Shown here in pieces: positions 31,901 through 42,244 of a stretch of DNA of 64,000 bases; the stretch's first letter is position 1; each line of letters opens with the position of its first letter. The notes beneath the pieces were generated by a model. The model made no database searches, was not told the DNA's origin, and saw only the letters and a list, made by a program, of their open reading frames with translations. The position numbers were made by a program, and so were the translations under genes. This DNA comes from Verrucomicrobiota bacterium (GTDB lineage: Bacteria > Verrucomicrobiota > Verrucomicrobiia > Limisphaerales > AAA164-E04), in the NCBI GenBank assembly GCA_047947115.1, contig CP170459.1, positions 5,408,001 to 5,472,000 of the forward strand, read 5' to 3'.

Positions 31901-32699
31901 CCAGTCCGTCGCGGAACACATGCTCAAACGCCTGGGCTTCCAGGCAGTCACGGCAGATTCAGGAATTCAAGCGCTCGAATTACTCGCAAAGAAACCCTAT
32001 CCGATCATCCTCATGGATTGCCAGATGCCGGAACTTGATGGTTATGAAACAACGAGACGGATACGAGCCCTTGAAAAGGCAGGTGAATCAAATCTGGACA
32101 AGCCCCACCGCATCATTGCGATGACCGCGAACACCATGGACGAAGATCAGCAGAAGTGCCTGGATGCCGGCATGGATGATTACCTGTCCAAACCCGTCAT
32201 TTTCACATCTCTGGCAACGGCGCTGAAACGCTCACTCAAAGCACAAGTTTCATCAGGAATTTCTGCCCCGATATCCGGCAAGTTGAATCGGGAAGCAACC
32301 GGCAATGCAGACCGGTCCAACAATACAAAACTGTTGAATCCTTCGGTGCTCAAACAATTTCTGGGCGATGATCAACCTGCTGAATCCAGTGTGCTGGCAA
32401 AACTGATCCTGATGTTTGTGGAAAAGGAAATTCCCAAAAGACTGAAAGAGTTGGAGGAAGCCCTTCAAACCGGACAAATCGAAAAGCTTGTCCGAAGTGC
32501 ACACAGTTTCAAGGGAAGCTCGAACAACATGGGCCTGGAGCAACTGGCGGCGCTCTGCGGTCAATTGGAAAAAGAATCCCACAACATGCCTGCAAAAGAC
32601 ATCAAGCGATTGCTGGAAGCCATCGAAAGGAAGAGCACCGAATCCGCATGCGCCTTGAAACAATTTGTCCAAACCCCGGATTTCAAGCCAGCCGAATGA
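28932..32699 (+). CDS. Hybrid sensor histidine kinase (GAF-PAS-PAS-PAS-HisKA-HATPase-REC*-REC-Hpt)
   Basis: FLANMSHEIRTPMNG, NLIGNAIKFT, DTGIG, GGTGLGL, ILMDCQMP, Hpt AHSFKGSS. Confidence 0.93.
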   Translation: MSSQETVHPSAASRSPEDQEITKVVSNGEELKELCKLAATLSGANTVLIHFYRNQQLSLVSGRNWEPSPHFPDLPFCNHVKQQRKMIVVGDARKHPEWSKDGLVTGPWKFRFLAGFPIHSKRNDFLGVLSLLDSEPHSLSIAQSESLEIITRQIAGSIFLSDAKSQLHQLSGEHEKVKKAYDDSEAFYHNLVESLPQHIIRKDTKGRFSFANQNFCKAIGKTFEEIIGKTDFDLFPPDSAKKYQDDDRHVMETHETIDTTEENVGLNNTRSYVHVIKTPIYDPEGKVVGTQGIFWDVTDKIETEKELALERQLLRSLLDSIPDHVYFKDKESRFIRCSRELSDRLGLESPAAAEGKTDFDFFSAEHAQPALADEKKILRTGKPIINKVEKETWINGKVGWVLTSKMPYYDKDGNIVGTFGVSKDVTKLVQTEQALRKAEQKYRGIFENAVEGIFQTTPDGHYQEINPALARIYGYKSTKDLQESLTDIQHQLYVDPTRRSEFERQMQEHGEVHEFESEIYRRDGKKIWISETARAVKDEDKKILYYEGVVEDISERKRAEAALQFASEAAMESNRLKSVFLANMSHEIRTPMNGIIGMSSLLRQTPLSEEQLSFAVTIESSAYGLLRLINDILDFSKIESGKMTIENEPFSLGEKIEQTVNLLADNAQCKGLEIILNLAPSIPTIVRGDCTRLQQVITNLIGNAIKFTHEGEIQIKIEPVKKTREISWIKFQIIDTGIGIREDAQASIFEAFTQADSSTTRKYGGTGLGLAITRQLIELMRGQLHLESTWGKGSCFWFTLPMEIESTGKSRTKQPRFDWSGKKILVMEPNDHSQEALAPILRNYGMDYHFVKKGRLGLEELTKVQRTQAPYDYVMVNSKLPDQTGMEACHTLKSLGLSPAPKVILLSNYGGRLPKQELKKLGIDLTVNKPVTQGSLTRGLNRLSCSEQAENETKIFLPASPTTPSGMDLKLIDSETAPFEILVVEDNPVNQSVAEHMLKRLGFQAVTADSGIQALELLAKKPYPIILMDCQMPELDGYETTRRIRALEKAGESNLDKPHRIIAMTANTMDEDQQKCLDAGMDDYLSKPVIFTSLATALKRSLKAQVSSGISAPISGKLNREATGNADRSNNTKLLNPSVLKQFLGDDQPAESSVLAKLILMFVEKEIPKRLKELEEALQTGQIEKLVRSAHSFKGSSNNMGLEQLAALCGQLEKESHNMPAKDIKRLLEAIERKSTESACALKQFVQTPDFKPAE

Positions 32700-32740
32700 T
32701 TGATCTTGCCCTCAGGGCGTGAAGTGCATTTGATAGTCAG

Positions 32741-34792
32741 ATGATCTCAATGTCGAAAAGAATGGCTATGGCGTGCGTTTTCTGCACGTTCATATCGACT
32801 TTACCATGTTTCATCCTGGCCGACGGACCGACCGACAATCGAATGGATGTAGCCCGCCCAATCCCGCCTGTCGGAACTTCATTTGAACCCAATCAACAGG
32901 CGGAGGTGGTGAACCTGCTGGATTCCCTGAAAAAAGACATCGCCAAGGCAAAAGAAAAACTCAAGGATCAGCCTGAGTTGCTGCGTCACTTTTCCGACAT
33001 TGAAGTGTTTGCAAGTGCCGTGGAAACAGCCGTCACCTACAACGAGATCTACGACCCGAAGAAGGAATTCTCCCAAGCCATGGAACAACTGGCCGTCGCT
33101 GAAGAGCGTCTTCAAAGACTGGTTCAAGCTTCTCCGGATTGGCTCAAGAGCACCGGACTCGTACCACGCGGGTATCGCTCCAACATTGATGATTCCGTTC
33201 AGCCATACGGATTGGTGATTCCCTCCACCTGGCGGCCTGGATCTTCGATCCCGATTCGCCTGGACATCTGGTTCCATGGTCGCGGTGAAAAGCTGACCGA
33301 ACTCTCCTTCCTCAACCAACGGCTGCACAGTGAAGGACAATTCACTCCCGACAACACCATCGTACTTCACCTCTACGGACGTTACTGCAACGCCAACAAA
33401 TTTGCCGGTGAAATCGACCTGTTCGAAGCAATGGAACATGTCAGAAAAGATTACCTGATTGATGAAAACCGGATCGTCGTCCGCGGGTTTTCCATGGGAG
33501 GCGCCGCGTGCTGGCAATTTGCAACGCACTACGCCGGTTTGTGGGCAGCCGCCGCACCTGGAGCCGGGTTTTCCGAAACCAAGGAATTTTTGGAGGTGTT
33601 CCAGAATGAAACCCTCAAACCCCACTGGTGGGAAGTCAAGCTCTGGAACCTTTATGACGCCACGGTGTATGCCGAAAACCTGTTCCAATGCCCAACAGTG
33701 GCATACAGTGGGGCGATCGACCGTCAAAAGCAGGCCGCCGATATCATGGAACGTTTTCTGGAACGCGAGGGGCTGCACATGACACATATCATTGGTCCGG
33801 ACACAGCCCACCGCTACCACCCGGATTCAAAGACAGCAATCGACCAGAAGATCAATTCCATCGCCCGGGTCGGGCGCGATCCGGTGCCGGACAAGATTCG
33901 GTTCACCACTTACACTCTTCGGTATGATCAAATGAAATGGATCCATTTGACTGGACTGGAAACTCATTGGGATCGTGCCCGTATCGAAGCTGAAATCGTT
34001 TCAGATCACGAACTGGACATTGACACCACAAACATCGCTTCCTTCTCTATTGTCATGAATGCGGGCGAGTGCCCTCTCGACAACTCGATAACACCCATAC
34101 TATGGGTGGACGGACAAAAGGTCGTGACGAACAGAGTATTAACCGACCGTTCATGGACCGTTCATATGACAAAGGAAAAAGGCAACTGGAAGCTTTCATC
34201 CTCCGCAACTGAACACGCATTGAAAAAGATTCCCGGACTACAAGGCCCCATAGACGATGCGTTCATGGATCGCTTCCTGATGGTGGGGCCTGGCAGTTGG
34301 GCAATGAACACCGAGGTGGGTGATTGGGTTTCAAAAGAGATGTCTCATGCACTTCAACACTGGCGGCAGCAGTTCAGAGGAGAACCAAGATTCAAACTGG
34401 ACAAGGACGTCACCGAATCCGACATCAAGGAAAGCAATCTGATCCTATGGGGAGACCCAACCAGCAACAGGCTGATCCGAGAAATTGCATCACAGCTTCC
34501 CATCCGATGGGATCATCAAGGTGTCCATACCCCGGAAAGGGATTACCCCCCAGAACGCTATCTACCGGCAATGATTTTTCCAAACCCGCTGAATCCTTCC
34601 AAATACATTGTCATAAACAGTGGGTTCACCTACCGGGAATACGACTACCTGAACAATGCGAGGCAAGTTCCAAAACTTCCAGACTGGGCCATCCTGGACC
34701 TATCCATTCCGGCATCACCTCGTTGGCCGGCCGGCATTGCAGAAGCAGGTTTCTTTGGTGAACGTTGGGAATGGAAGGACGCCCGTCCCTGA
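32741..34792 (+). CDS. Secreted alpha/beta-hydrolase (peptidase S9/esterase-like)
   Basis: Signal peptide; SVQPYGL, WFHGRG, nucleophile elbow GFSMGG. Confidence 0.8.
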   Translation: MISMSKRMAMACVFCTFISTLPCFILADGPTDNRMDVARPIPPVGTSFEPNQQAEVVNLLDSLKKDIAKAKEKLKDQPELLRHFSDIEVFASAVETAVTYNEIYDPKKEFSQAMEQLAVAEERLQRLVQASPDWLKSTGLVPRGYRSNIDDSVQPYGLVIPSTWRPGSSIPIRLDIWFHGRGEKLTELSFLNQRLHSEGQFTPDNTIVLHLYGRYCNANKFAGEIDLFEAMEHVRKDYLIDENRIVVRGFSMGGAACWQFATHYAGLWAAAAPGAGFSETKEFLEVFQNETLKPHWWEVKLWNLYDATVYAENLFQCPTVAYSGAIDRQKQAADIMERFLEREGLHMTHIIGPDTAHRYHPDSKTAIDQKINSIARVGRDPVPDKIRFTTYTLRYDQMKWIHLTGLETHWDRARIEAEIVSDHELDIDTTNIASFSIVMNAGECPLDNSITPILWVDGQKVVTNRVLTDRSWTVHMTKEKGNWKLSSSATEHALKKIPGLQGPIDDAFMDRFLMVGPGSWAMNTEVGDWVSKEMSHALQHWRQQFRGEPRFKLDKDVTESDIKESNLILWGDPTSNRLIREIASQLPIRWDHQGVHTPERDYPPERYLPAMIFPNPLNPSKYIVINSGFTYREYDYLNNARQVPKLPDWAILDLSIPASPRWPAGIAEAGFFGERWEWKDARP

Positions 34793-35013
34793 TTCTTCCC
34801 CTCCCCTTTCCGAATCGAAATATAGAAAAGGTCGTCATCCCTCGGAACGAAATGTGCCCATAAGCGAGCGGCAACATTGTCCTTTTTTTGGACAAAAAAT
34901 GAGCAGCCAGGGTTTGTCCATGTGATTAACTTGGACAACATAGTGAACGCACACCTCTTGTGAACAAGAATGCAAAGGCAAAGGCGCTCACAGCAACAAC
35001 CAACGAAAGAAAC

Positions 35014-36303
35014 ATGAAAAACCCACTTAACCTTGCTTTTTGGTGTGCTCCGCTCGTGATGACCTGCAGTTTGACTGCTGCCGAACCTGCCGTGAACACA
35101 GGCAAAAGCGCGCAGGAGGCCCTTTCCTTGGAAGATCGCATTGGAAAAGTCGTTTCATCCGGCAAAATCAACCTCAATACGCGACTCCGGTATGAAAATG
35201 CCGATTCCACCACACCTGGAATCCAATCGGCCAACGCCATCACCTTCCGCACTCGTTTGGGCTATACGACCGACAACTGGAACGGGCTCAAGGGAATGAT
35301 TGAGTTTGAAAACGTTTCAGCGCTCGGTGGCGAGGACAACTATCGAAATGCGCCTGGTCCATCGGCGAATGTATTTGATCACGATGTTGTGGCGGACCCG
35401 GAAGGAACCGAAGTCAATCAGGTTTGGGTGGGTTACGAGAAATGGGACAACGCACTGAAATTCGGCCGTCAGAATTTCACGCTCGATAATCACCGTTTTA
35501 TAGGAAATGTGGTATGGCGGCAGAATCTGCAAACGTATGATGCGGTCACGCTGATCAACAAATCCATCGAGGACTTGACCGCCACTTACGGGTATATTTT
35601 CGGTGTCAACCGAATCTTTGGCCCGGAATTCGGAGATGCTGCAGGGCCCGCCGATGGGCGATGGCAATCCAATAGTCATGTCTTTCACTTGAAATATGAC
35701 AAGGTGCCTTATGGATCATTGGTTGGATACGCTTACCTGCTGGACCTTGACGAGGCACCTGCGCTTTCCACCAGCACCTATGGTCTTTATTATGCCGGAA
35801 AAGCTCCGCTTAGCGATGCATTCAATCTGACATACAGAGCCGAGTTTGCTTATCAAACTGACTATGCAGATAACGCTGCGGATCTGAATGCCGAATATAT
35901 CAATCTTCAATTGGGGGGTGAATACCAACGGTTCTCCGCGGGCATCGGGTATGAGGTTCTGGGAAGCGACAATGCGGCCATGGGGTTCACCACTCCCCTG
36001 TCGACGCTGCACGCGTTCCAAGGATGGGCCGACATGTTCCTGGCCACGCCCGCAGGAGGTATTGAGGATTACCAAGCGTGGATTGGCGTTAAACTGCCTT
36101 ATGAAATCCCTCTGAAAGTCATCTACCACGATCTGCGTCCACAAGAGGGAGGCGGTGGCGACTACGGCAATGAACTGGACATCGTCGCGACCCGTCAGTT
36201 TGGAAAGTACTTCTCGGGTTTGGTCAAATACGCCTATTTCAACGGAGAATCAGGCATGGTGGACGTCAACAAGTTCTGGGCACAGGTCGAATTTGCATTC
36301 TGA
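35014..36303 (+). CDS. Outer-membrane beta-barrel, alginate export-family porin-like
   Basis: Signal peptide; RLRYE, VVADPEGTEVNQ, GRQ..LDNHRFIGNVVWRQNLQTYDA, TPLSTLHAFQGWAD; C-terminal Phe. Confidence 0.85.
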   Translation: MKNPLNLAFWCAPLVMTCSLTAAEPAVNTGKSAQEALSLEDRIGKVVSSGKINLNTRLRYENADSTTPGIQSANAITFRTRLGYTTDNWNGLKGMIEFENVSALGGEDNYRNAPGPSANVFDHDVVADPEGTEVNQVWVGYEKWDNALKFGRQNFTLDNHRFIGNVVWRQNLQTYDAVTLINKSIEDLTATYGYIFGVNRIFGPEFGDAAGPADGRWQSNSHVFHLKYDKVPYGSLVGYAYLLDLDEAPALSTSTYGLYYAGKAPLSDAFNLTYRAEFAYQTDYADNAADLNAEYINLQLGGEYQRFSAGIGYEVLGSDNAAMGFTTPLSTLHAFQGWADMFLATPAGGIEDYQAWIGVKLPYEIPLKVIYHDLRPQEGGGGDYGNELDIVATRQFGKYFSGLVKYAYFNGESGMVDVNKFWAQVEFAF

Positions 36304-36329
36304 CACGGCAACCACACGGCATCATCAGA

Positions 36330-36357
36330 GCTCCTCAATTTGGGGAGCCTTTTTTTT
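36330..36357 (+). terminator. Rho-independent terminator
   Basis: GCTCCTCA-ATT-TGGGGAGC followed by CTTTTTTTT. Confidence 0.8.
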
Positions 36358-36518
36358 CCTCACATCATCCACTTATAACGTTTGCCAAAAGTAATTTCAG
36401 AAATAACCCTGCGTCACTGCGTCCCTAGCGCAGCGGGCGCGAGGATAAGAAGCATCAGCGAGCCCCTTATACGCAAATACTTTTGGCAATCAGTATAACC
36501 AACAACCACTCCCCGGCC

Positions 36519-37526
36519 TTATCGCAGTTCGAAGGTCGCCAATACCGGACGGTGATCCGAAGCCACCCCCCAGGTCGGCAGATCCAGCACATAACTCAAA
36601 TCCGCACGATACCTTCCGCTAAGATCCCGATTCATCAAAATGTAATCCATGCGCGAAAACACATCATCATCATCGAAGAAATGGGTCCACACCGACCGGC
36701 GTTGACCGGATCCCTCAAGGTATGGAATCACGTTCCCCGGCCTTCCGCCCATGGGACGGGCATCTGCAAGCCTCCATTTGCCGGCCGGTCCTCTGAGGTG
36801 CTTCAACGTTTCAGAAGACGGATCATCATTAAAATCCCCCACAACAGCCACTAATTGCCCCGGCTGACTTTTCATACGATTCTCGACCAATTGACGCAAC
36901 ATCAAAGCCTCCCGAGTACGTAAATCCCACTGATCGGCATATGGAACCGGGCGTTTGGATTTTAAATGGGCTGCAAATACCTTGAGCGGATCCCGATCGG
37001 ACAAGCGGATATCCACCTCCAAAAAGGCGCGGGAAGAACGAAAGGCGCGACCGTACAAAACAAAGACATTGGTGGTGTGGTGTCGCACTGAGTCCACCGG
37101 CAACCGGCTTAACATTCCAAGATGAATGGGAGATCCCGGGGTTTCAGAAAAAATCGCCTGAGAATAATGAAGCCCCTGAGCGAGCAAATTGGTCTGAATG
37201 TTCACCAAGGCCTGGCGGGAACCCAGTTCCTGCAGGAATACCAAATCAGCCTTCATCTCCAAAAGGGCATCACGCACCGCGCGACGCGAGGCCGGTGCCT
37301 TGACCCGCCTGCCCTGCACAGATTCCAACAGGTAGTTTTCGACGTTGAAAGTGGCGATCGAAATGAGTGCTTCAGCGCCCGCAGGAATACCCGCAACCAA
37401 CGCCGCCCAGGAGATCAGCACCCAAGCACATCGGACGCCCAACGGTCTGGTACATGCACACAACAGCAGCCGCAGCCAAGCATGGCCACGAGAACACGCA
37501 TTCCTAATGATTCTTTCCCGCATCAT
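36519..37526 (-). CDS. Endonuclease/exonuclease/phosphatase-family protein, probably exported
   Basis: ATFNVEN, LQE, HLKS, GDFND, DYIL, SDHRPV. Start uncertain. Confidence 0.9.
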   Translation of the reverse strand: MMRERIIRNACSRGHAWLRLLLCACTRPLGVRCAWVLISWAALVAGIPAGAEALISIATFNVENYLLESVQGRRVKAPASRRAVRDALLEMKADLVFLQELGSRQALVNIQTNLLAQGLHYSQAIFSETPGSPIHLGMLSRLPVDSVRHHTTNVFVLYGRAFRSSRAFLEVDIRLSDRDPLKVFAAHLKSKRPVPYADQWDLRTREALMLRQLVENRMKSQPGQLVAVVGDFNDDPSSETLKHLRGPAGKWRLADARPMGGRPGNVIPYLEGSGQRRSVWTHFFDDDDVFSRMDYILMNRDLSGRYRADLSYVLDLPTWGVASDHRPVLATFELR

Positions 37527-37598
37527 TCAACTGCGGGTGTCCACTCAAAGAGATCACTGACTTCAGGCGAAAGTCGGTGACCATGTATCGATGGTTAA

Positions 37599-40500
37599 TC
37601 AATCTTCCGAAAACAAATACTCCAGATCGGCGCTGGACAAATTGCTGGTGAAGCCTTCTTCACCCAATACGTCGCTGATGGTTTTGGCCTTGGATTGCTG
37701 CAATTCCCAAATTTTTTCTTCAACCGTTCCGGGAGAGATCAGGCGATAGGCATTCACGGTTTGTGTCTGACCGATACGGTGGGATCGGTCAATGGCCTGT
37801 GCTTCCACCGCAGGATTCCACCACGGATCATAAAGCACGACATAACTGGCAGTCGTTAAATTCAATCCGGTACCGGCAGCCCTCAGACTCAGCAGGAAGA
37901 CGGAAGGATCTTTGTCTTCCTGGAAAGCGCTGACGACATCCATTCTGTTTTTGGTTTCGCCTGTCAGCAAATAAGTCGGCATGCCACGCACCTTGCACTC
38001 GCGCTCCAAAATCTGCAGCATCTGGACAAACTGACTGAAGACAAGCACCTTCTGACCTTCTTCCATGAGGGGCTCCAACAATTCGAAAAGGGTTTCCGTT
38101 TTTCCGGATACCGAATCATTCCCCACCAAGGTGGGATGACAGCAAATCTGACGCAGACGTGTGAGCGCGGCCAACACGTGCATTTTGCTCTTGGCCAGCC
38201 CTTTTTGTTTCATCGCCTTGAAGACCTGATCACGGCTTCGGCGCAGTTCGGCGAGATACAGTTTGCGTTGATCCTCGGTCAACTCGCAATCGCGGCGTTC
38301 ATCAATGCGCTCGGGAAGATCCTTGGCCACCTGCTGCTTCATACGTCTCAGCATGAGCGGACGCAATTTGGCGGACAGACGTTTCCGGGCGATTCGCTGG
38401 GCCACATCGGCATTCTCTCCCTTGGGTTCGAAAGTCTCACTGAACTTGGATTGATTGCCCAGATAGTTCGGTTGAACGAAATCAACAATGCTCCACAGAT
38501 CCAGCAATCTGTTTTCCAAAGGAGTCCCGGTCAAAGCAAGCCGTCGTTTGGCTCTCAATTGTTTGACCGATTGAGTCACTTGCGCGGTGGGATTCTTGAT
38601 ATACTGGGCCTCGTCCAACACGATGGCACCGAACTCAAACTTGTTTAATTCATCCAGATCCCGACGCAGTATGGAGTAATTGGTAATGATCAAATCATGA
38701 GACGGAATCTGTTTTCGAAGGTTGTGCCGCGCAGAACCGCTTTCCAATAGCAGTGTCCTCAAATGGGGAGTGAATTTCTCTGCTTCGCGCCTCCAGTTGT
38801 GCAACACCGATGCCGGGCAAATCACCAGAGCCGGCTTCTTTCGTTTACCGGCATTATCATGCTGCCATGCCAACCATGAAAGTGTCTGCAGGGTTTTTCC
38901 AAGCCCCATGTCATCCGCCAGAACACCTCCCAGTTTCATTTGGGTCAGGTGGCACAAGAAATTGAAACCGTCTTTCTGATAGGGGCGCAACTCCGCCTGG
39001 ATCGTTTTCGGCAGTTCCGAATCCGGAACTCCCTTGAAGTCGGCGATCTTTTCTTTAAGCGCCCGCACTTTGGCGTTTTTCCCAAACCGATCCAATGCCG
39101 ATTCATCCAACTGGGAAGCATGCAGTAAGGCCACTTTTTGAGGATCGTTGGAAAGTCCATCGACACCCAATTCGGCCATCGTTTCCTGGGCATCCTGCAC
39201 CGCATCGGTATCCAGTTCAACCCATCCACCATCGGGCAGTTTGACAAACCGTCCCGTCGCAGCCTGCAATTGCTGCAGATCAGCTTCAGTCAATTTCATG
39301 CCCTCCTGCTCCCATTCTGCGGATACCGACAACCAATCGATGCCACTTCCATGCATGATCAGCTTCGGTCGAAGCCGCTTTGAATTGAGGAACAAACGCT
39401 GGAAAGCTGTGTTACCGAGATAATCGGCTTCAGCCGGACGATCAGGCCAGACTTCGGACAATCCAATCAGAAAGTTTTCCGTTGCATCCCCAATCCACAA
39501 CCCGGGCTCGGGCGTGAACCAATCCAGTCGACGCAACCACTGCGTCGCGGCATCCACACGCGGATCATCCAAGAGTTCAGCTCGCCCACTACCGGACCCG
39601 TTGGCCTGCTCCACCTGCCATTCATGCCCTGTCCACTGCCAGACGCTCCGGTCCAGTTCGCTCACGGCACGCAGCCGAAGCCGAACCGTGTCATTTTCCA
39701 ATTCAAATACAAATTGTGGAGCCGCCGTGTGGGAAAGGCATAAATCATCCCAGACCGTATCCTTTTCGGTGGCGCAGTGCTTGCGCATATGGGTCAGTAA
39801 TCGATGGCTGAGTTTTTGAACAGGAATGGAAACCTCCTGCCCCCATCGCTCCAACAAAGCCTGGTGGGGGGCATGACGCACCAGATGAAATTCGTGATTC
39901 ACCAACGCCATCATGGGATCCCCCACAACGTATCGGGCATCCTTGAAAGAGATGGATTCACCGCTGGCCAGATACAGTTTGGGCACAAGTCCAAGTGATT
40001 CCCCTCCCTTTTCCACAGCCGGCTTGAGGTCTGCAACCAGTCCGGTGAACTTGAGGCTCTTGCCTCGACCTTCGATTTCCATACGACCATTGCTGCCCCA
40101 TTTGGCAAGCCACTTGAGAAGGTCCGCGCCTTGTAAGGTTAAAAACTCCAAAGCATCGTCCTCTTGCAGATACGTCGCATGAACCCATTCAACAAAAGCC
40201 CAATCATCCGGTGAAAACAACTCTTTCTCGTGGGATGAACGATTGGTCAGATCCTTGATTTCCCCCAGGGTCTTGAATTTCTCACCGCTTCTGGGACGGG
40301 AGAGGGACAGTCGGACAATGACCTGAACAACAGGTGACCCTTCTGATATGGGAATGATTTCAAAATGAGCTCTCACCCCTGCCCTCGGAGCATCCAGGTG
40401 TTCCGCAACGGGCGGCAACATCCAGCGCTCGAGGTGGACTACCAATTCCTGGTCTTTCTCCGCTTCTTCAACTTCCGCCAACCGATCAAAATTGGCGTAA

Positions 40501-40865
40501 GCCATCAACTCGGTCGGCAGCGGACGCTTGGCGCGCAGGAACAGGAGAGCGGTTTCCTCCAATCGTTCCTTGCCCTTGGTTTCAAGCATGCGATCCCACC
40601 AGTCGGGGCCCACAAAATCACGGCGTGAAAGAGCCAGCCTTTCGAAGTAGTCATCCAGAATCAGATACGCTCTTTGCGAATCTGTGCAGGTGGCAAATTG
40701 CTCAAGCAACTCCTTTCGGTCAGCCAGGTCTGTTTTGGAATCCGATAATTCGCGGCGCAGGTCTGCCCAGGCTCCGTAAGTTTTGTCCAATACGATATTG
40801 TTCGCGTCATATTTTGTGTTGAGAACAGGTCGTTTACTTTTGCTTGCTTTGCGTCCCCTAGGCAT
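37599..40865 (-). CDS. SNF2-family helicase-like ATPase
   Basis: LRPYQ, LADDMGLGKT, DEAQ, LTGTPLEN, LRQICCHP, FSQF, GLNLT, DRSHRIGQ. Confidence 0.95.
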   Translation of the reverse strand: MPRGRKASKSKRPVLNTKYDANNIVLDKTYGAWADLRRELSDSKTDLADRKELLEQFATCTDSQRAYLILDDYFERLALSRRDFVGPDWWDRMLETKGKERLEETALLFLRAKRPLPTELMAYANFDRLAEVEEAEKDQELVVHLERWMLPPVAEHLDAPRAGVRAHFEIIPISEGSPVVQVIVRLSLSRPRSGEKFKTLGEIKDLTNRSSHEKELFSPDDWAFVEWVHATYLQEDDALEFLTLQGADLLKWLAKWGSNGRMEIEGRGKSLKFTGLVADLKPAVEKGGESLGLVPKLYLASGESISFKDARYVVGDPMMALVNHEFHLVRHAPHQALLERWGQEVSIPVQKLSHRLLTHMRKHCATEKDTVWDDLCLSHTAAPQFVFELENDTVRLRLRAVSELDRSVWQWTGHEWQVEQANGSGSGRAELLDDPRVDAATQWLRRLDWFTPEPGLWIGDATENFLIGLSEVWPDRPAEADYLGNTAFQRLFLNSKRLRPKLIMHGSGIDWLSVSAEWEQEGMKLTEADLQQLQAATGRFVKLPDGGWVELDTDAVQDAQETMAELGVDGLSNDPQKVALLHASQLDESALDRFGKNAKVRALKEKIADFKGVPDSELPKTIQAELRPYQKDGFNFLCHLTQMKLGGVLADDMGLGKTLQTLSWLAWQHDNAGKRKKPALVICPASVLHNWRREAEKFTPHLRTLLLESGSARHNLRKQIPSHDLIITNYSILRRDLDELNKFEFGAIVLDEAQYIKNPTAQVTQSVKQLRAKRRLALTGTPLENRLLDLWSIVDFVQPNYLGNQSKFSETFEPKGENADVAQRIARKRLSAKLRPLMLRRMKQQVAKDLPERIDERRDCELTEDQRKLYLAELRRSRDQVFKAMKQKGLAKSKMHVLAALTRLRQICCHPTLVGNDSVSGKTETLFELLEPLMEEGQKVLVFSQFVQMLQILERECKVRGMPTYLLTGETKNRMDVVSAFQEDKDPSVFLLSLRAAGTGLNLTTASYVVLYDPWWNPAVEAQAIDRSHRIGQTQTVNAYRLISPGTVEEKIWELQQSKAKTISDVLGEEGFTSNLSSADLEYLFSED

Positions 40866-40888
40866 TGTTGATAACGAAACTAAAAAGG

Positions 40889-42244
40889 TTAAGAAATAGA
40901 TGAATTGGATTTGATCTTGGCCAACAATTCGTCGCGTTCAGCAGTCGAATCCCCGTTCTGACATCCGCCTGATGAAGGTGTGTTGACCGCTTTGCGCGCT
41001 TCCGCCAGGTGCCCCTTGTTGATGGAACAGCCATTGAATGCCTCCACTTGAGCCCCTGCTTCATAGGGCTTCGGTTTGGCCCCAAAATTGTATCGTATGT
41101 TTTTCCAGGTATCCCCGAACTGCGCATCCACTCCCAAGGCTCCGCTTGGATCGTAGCCACAGTGAACCATGCAGTTCTCACAACGAGGATCCCGCGCCTG
41201 CCCGTTCACGACTCCGTATTTGGACCAATCAACTTTGTCCAACATTTCCTGATACCCATCGTAATGACCGTCTGTCATCAGGTAGCAAGGAGCCTTCCAC
41301 CCGCGAATATTGCGAGTGGGAATCGCCCAGGCGGAACAGGTGAGCTCACGCTTGCCTGCGAGGAATTCCTGATAGACAGGCGTTCCGAAAATGGTGAACT
41401 TGCGTCCCCATTCCTCGATCTTTGAAAATTTTTCGCGCGTCATTTCCCGGGTCAGGAAGAAATCCTCCGGCCTCTTGCCGAGCCGTTTCATCATGTCCTG
41501 TTTCGCCGCGTCGTAATCATATCCCGGTGAGATCGTGTGCCCGTCCACTTCCATGGACGAAAGAAAGGCAAACATATCTTCCAATTCTTTGACATCCGTC
41601 TCTTTGTAAACAGTGGTGTTGGTGGCCACCTGGTAACCAATGATCTTTGCCATGCGAATGGCTGCAACACATTCTTTGAAGACACCCTCGCGCTCCACAA
41701 TGAGATCATGTGTGTATTCGAGCCCATCCACATGAACATTCCAATACATCCATTCCGATGGAGCAATGACATCAGGCCTCGATGGTCTTCCCTTGCGAAC
41801 AAATGCAAGATCCTTCTCATCGATCAGCGCTTCGGCCAGCAAGCGTTTCAACCTTGGCTCCCACGATTCATCGTAAACGGAAGCCAGGTAGTCCTTCATC
41901 TTTTTGCGCATGAACACACCGTTGGTGCAGATGTAGATGATACGACCCTGATTGCGAAGACCACACACCAGCTTTTCGATTTCAGGATAGATCAACGGTT
42001 CGCCACCACATATGGAAACCATCGGCGCGTCACATTCGGCTGCGGAATCAAGGCAGTCCTCCAGTCTCATGACATCTTTCAGACTCGTGGAATATTCCCG
42101 AATTCTTCCGCACCCGGTACACGTCAGATTGCAGGTATGCAGCGGCTCCAATTGGAGCACCATGGCAAACTTTGGGGTTCGCTTCAGTTTATGCTTGATG
42201 ATGTGAGAAGCTATCTTGGCTGTAAGAGCTAAAGGAAATCTCAT
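40889..42244 (-). CDS. hpnH: Adenosyl-hopene transferase HpnH (radical SAM)
   Basis: LEPLHTCNLTCTGCGRI, GGEPL, C..W..PTRN..GW..PCY, DPRCENCMVHCGY. Confidence 0.85.
   Translation of the reverse strand: MRFPLALTAKIASHIIKHKLKRTPKFAMVLQLEPLHTCNLTCTGCGRIREYSTSLKDVMRLEDCLDSAAECDAPMVSICGGEPLIYPEIEKLVCGLRNQGRIIYICTNGVFMRKKMKDYLASVYDESWEPRLKRLLAEALIDEKDLAFVRKGRPSRPDVIAPSEWMYWNVHVDGLEYTHDLIVEREGVFKECVAAIRMAKIIGYQVATNTTVYKETDVKELEDMFAFLSSMEVDGHTISPGYDYDAAKQDMMKRLGKRPEDFFLTREMTREKFSKIEEWGRKFTIFGTPVYQEFLAGKRELTCSAWAIPTRNIRGWKAPCYLMTDGHYDGYQEMLDKVDWSKYGVVNGQARDPRCENCMVHCGYDPSGALGVDAQFGDTWKNIRYNFGAKPKPYEAGAQVEAFNGCSINKGHLAEARKAVNTPSSGGCQNGDSTAERDELLAKIKSNSSIS

Noticed and set aside
36405..36445. REP-like remnants (CTGCGTC...GCGCAGCGGGCG; also CAGGAT...ATCCTG near 11126-11150)
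   Set aside because: Single degenerate copies in this window; a repeat family cannot be supported without a genome-wide search.
36519..40865. SNF2 ATPase plus nuclease as an anti-phage system
   Set aside because: The nuclease looks exported, the context is housekeeping, and no methylase or other defence genes are nearby.
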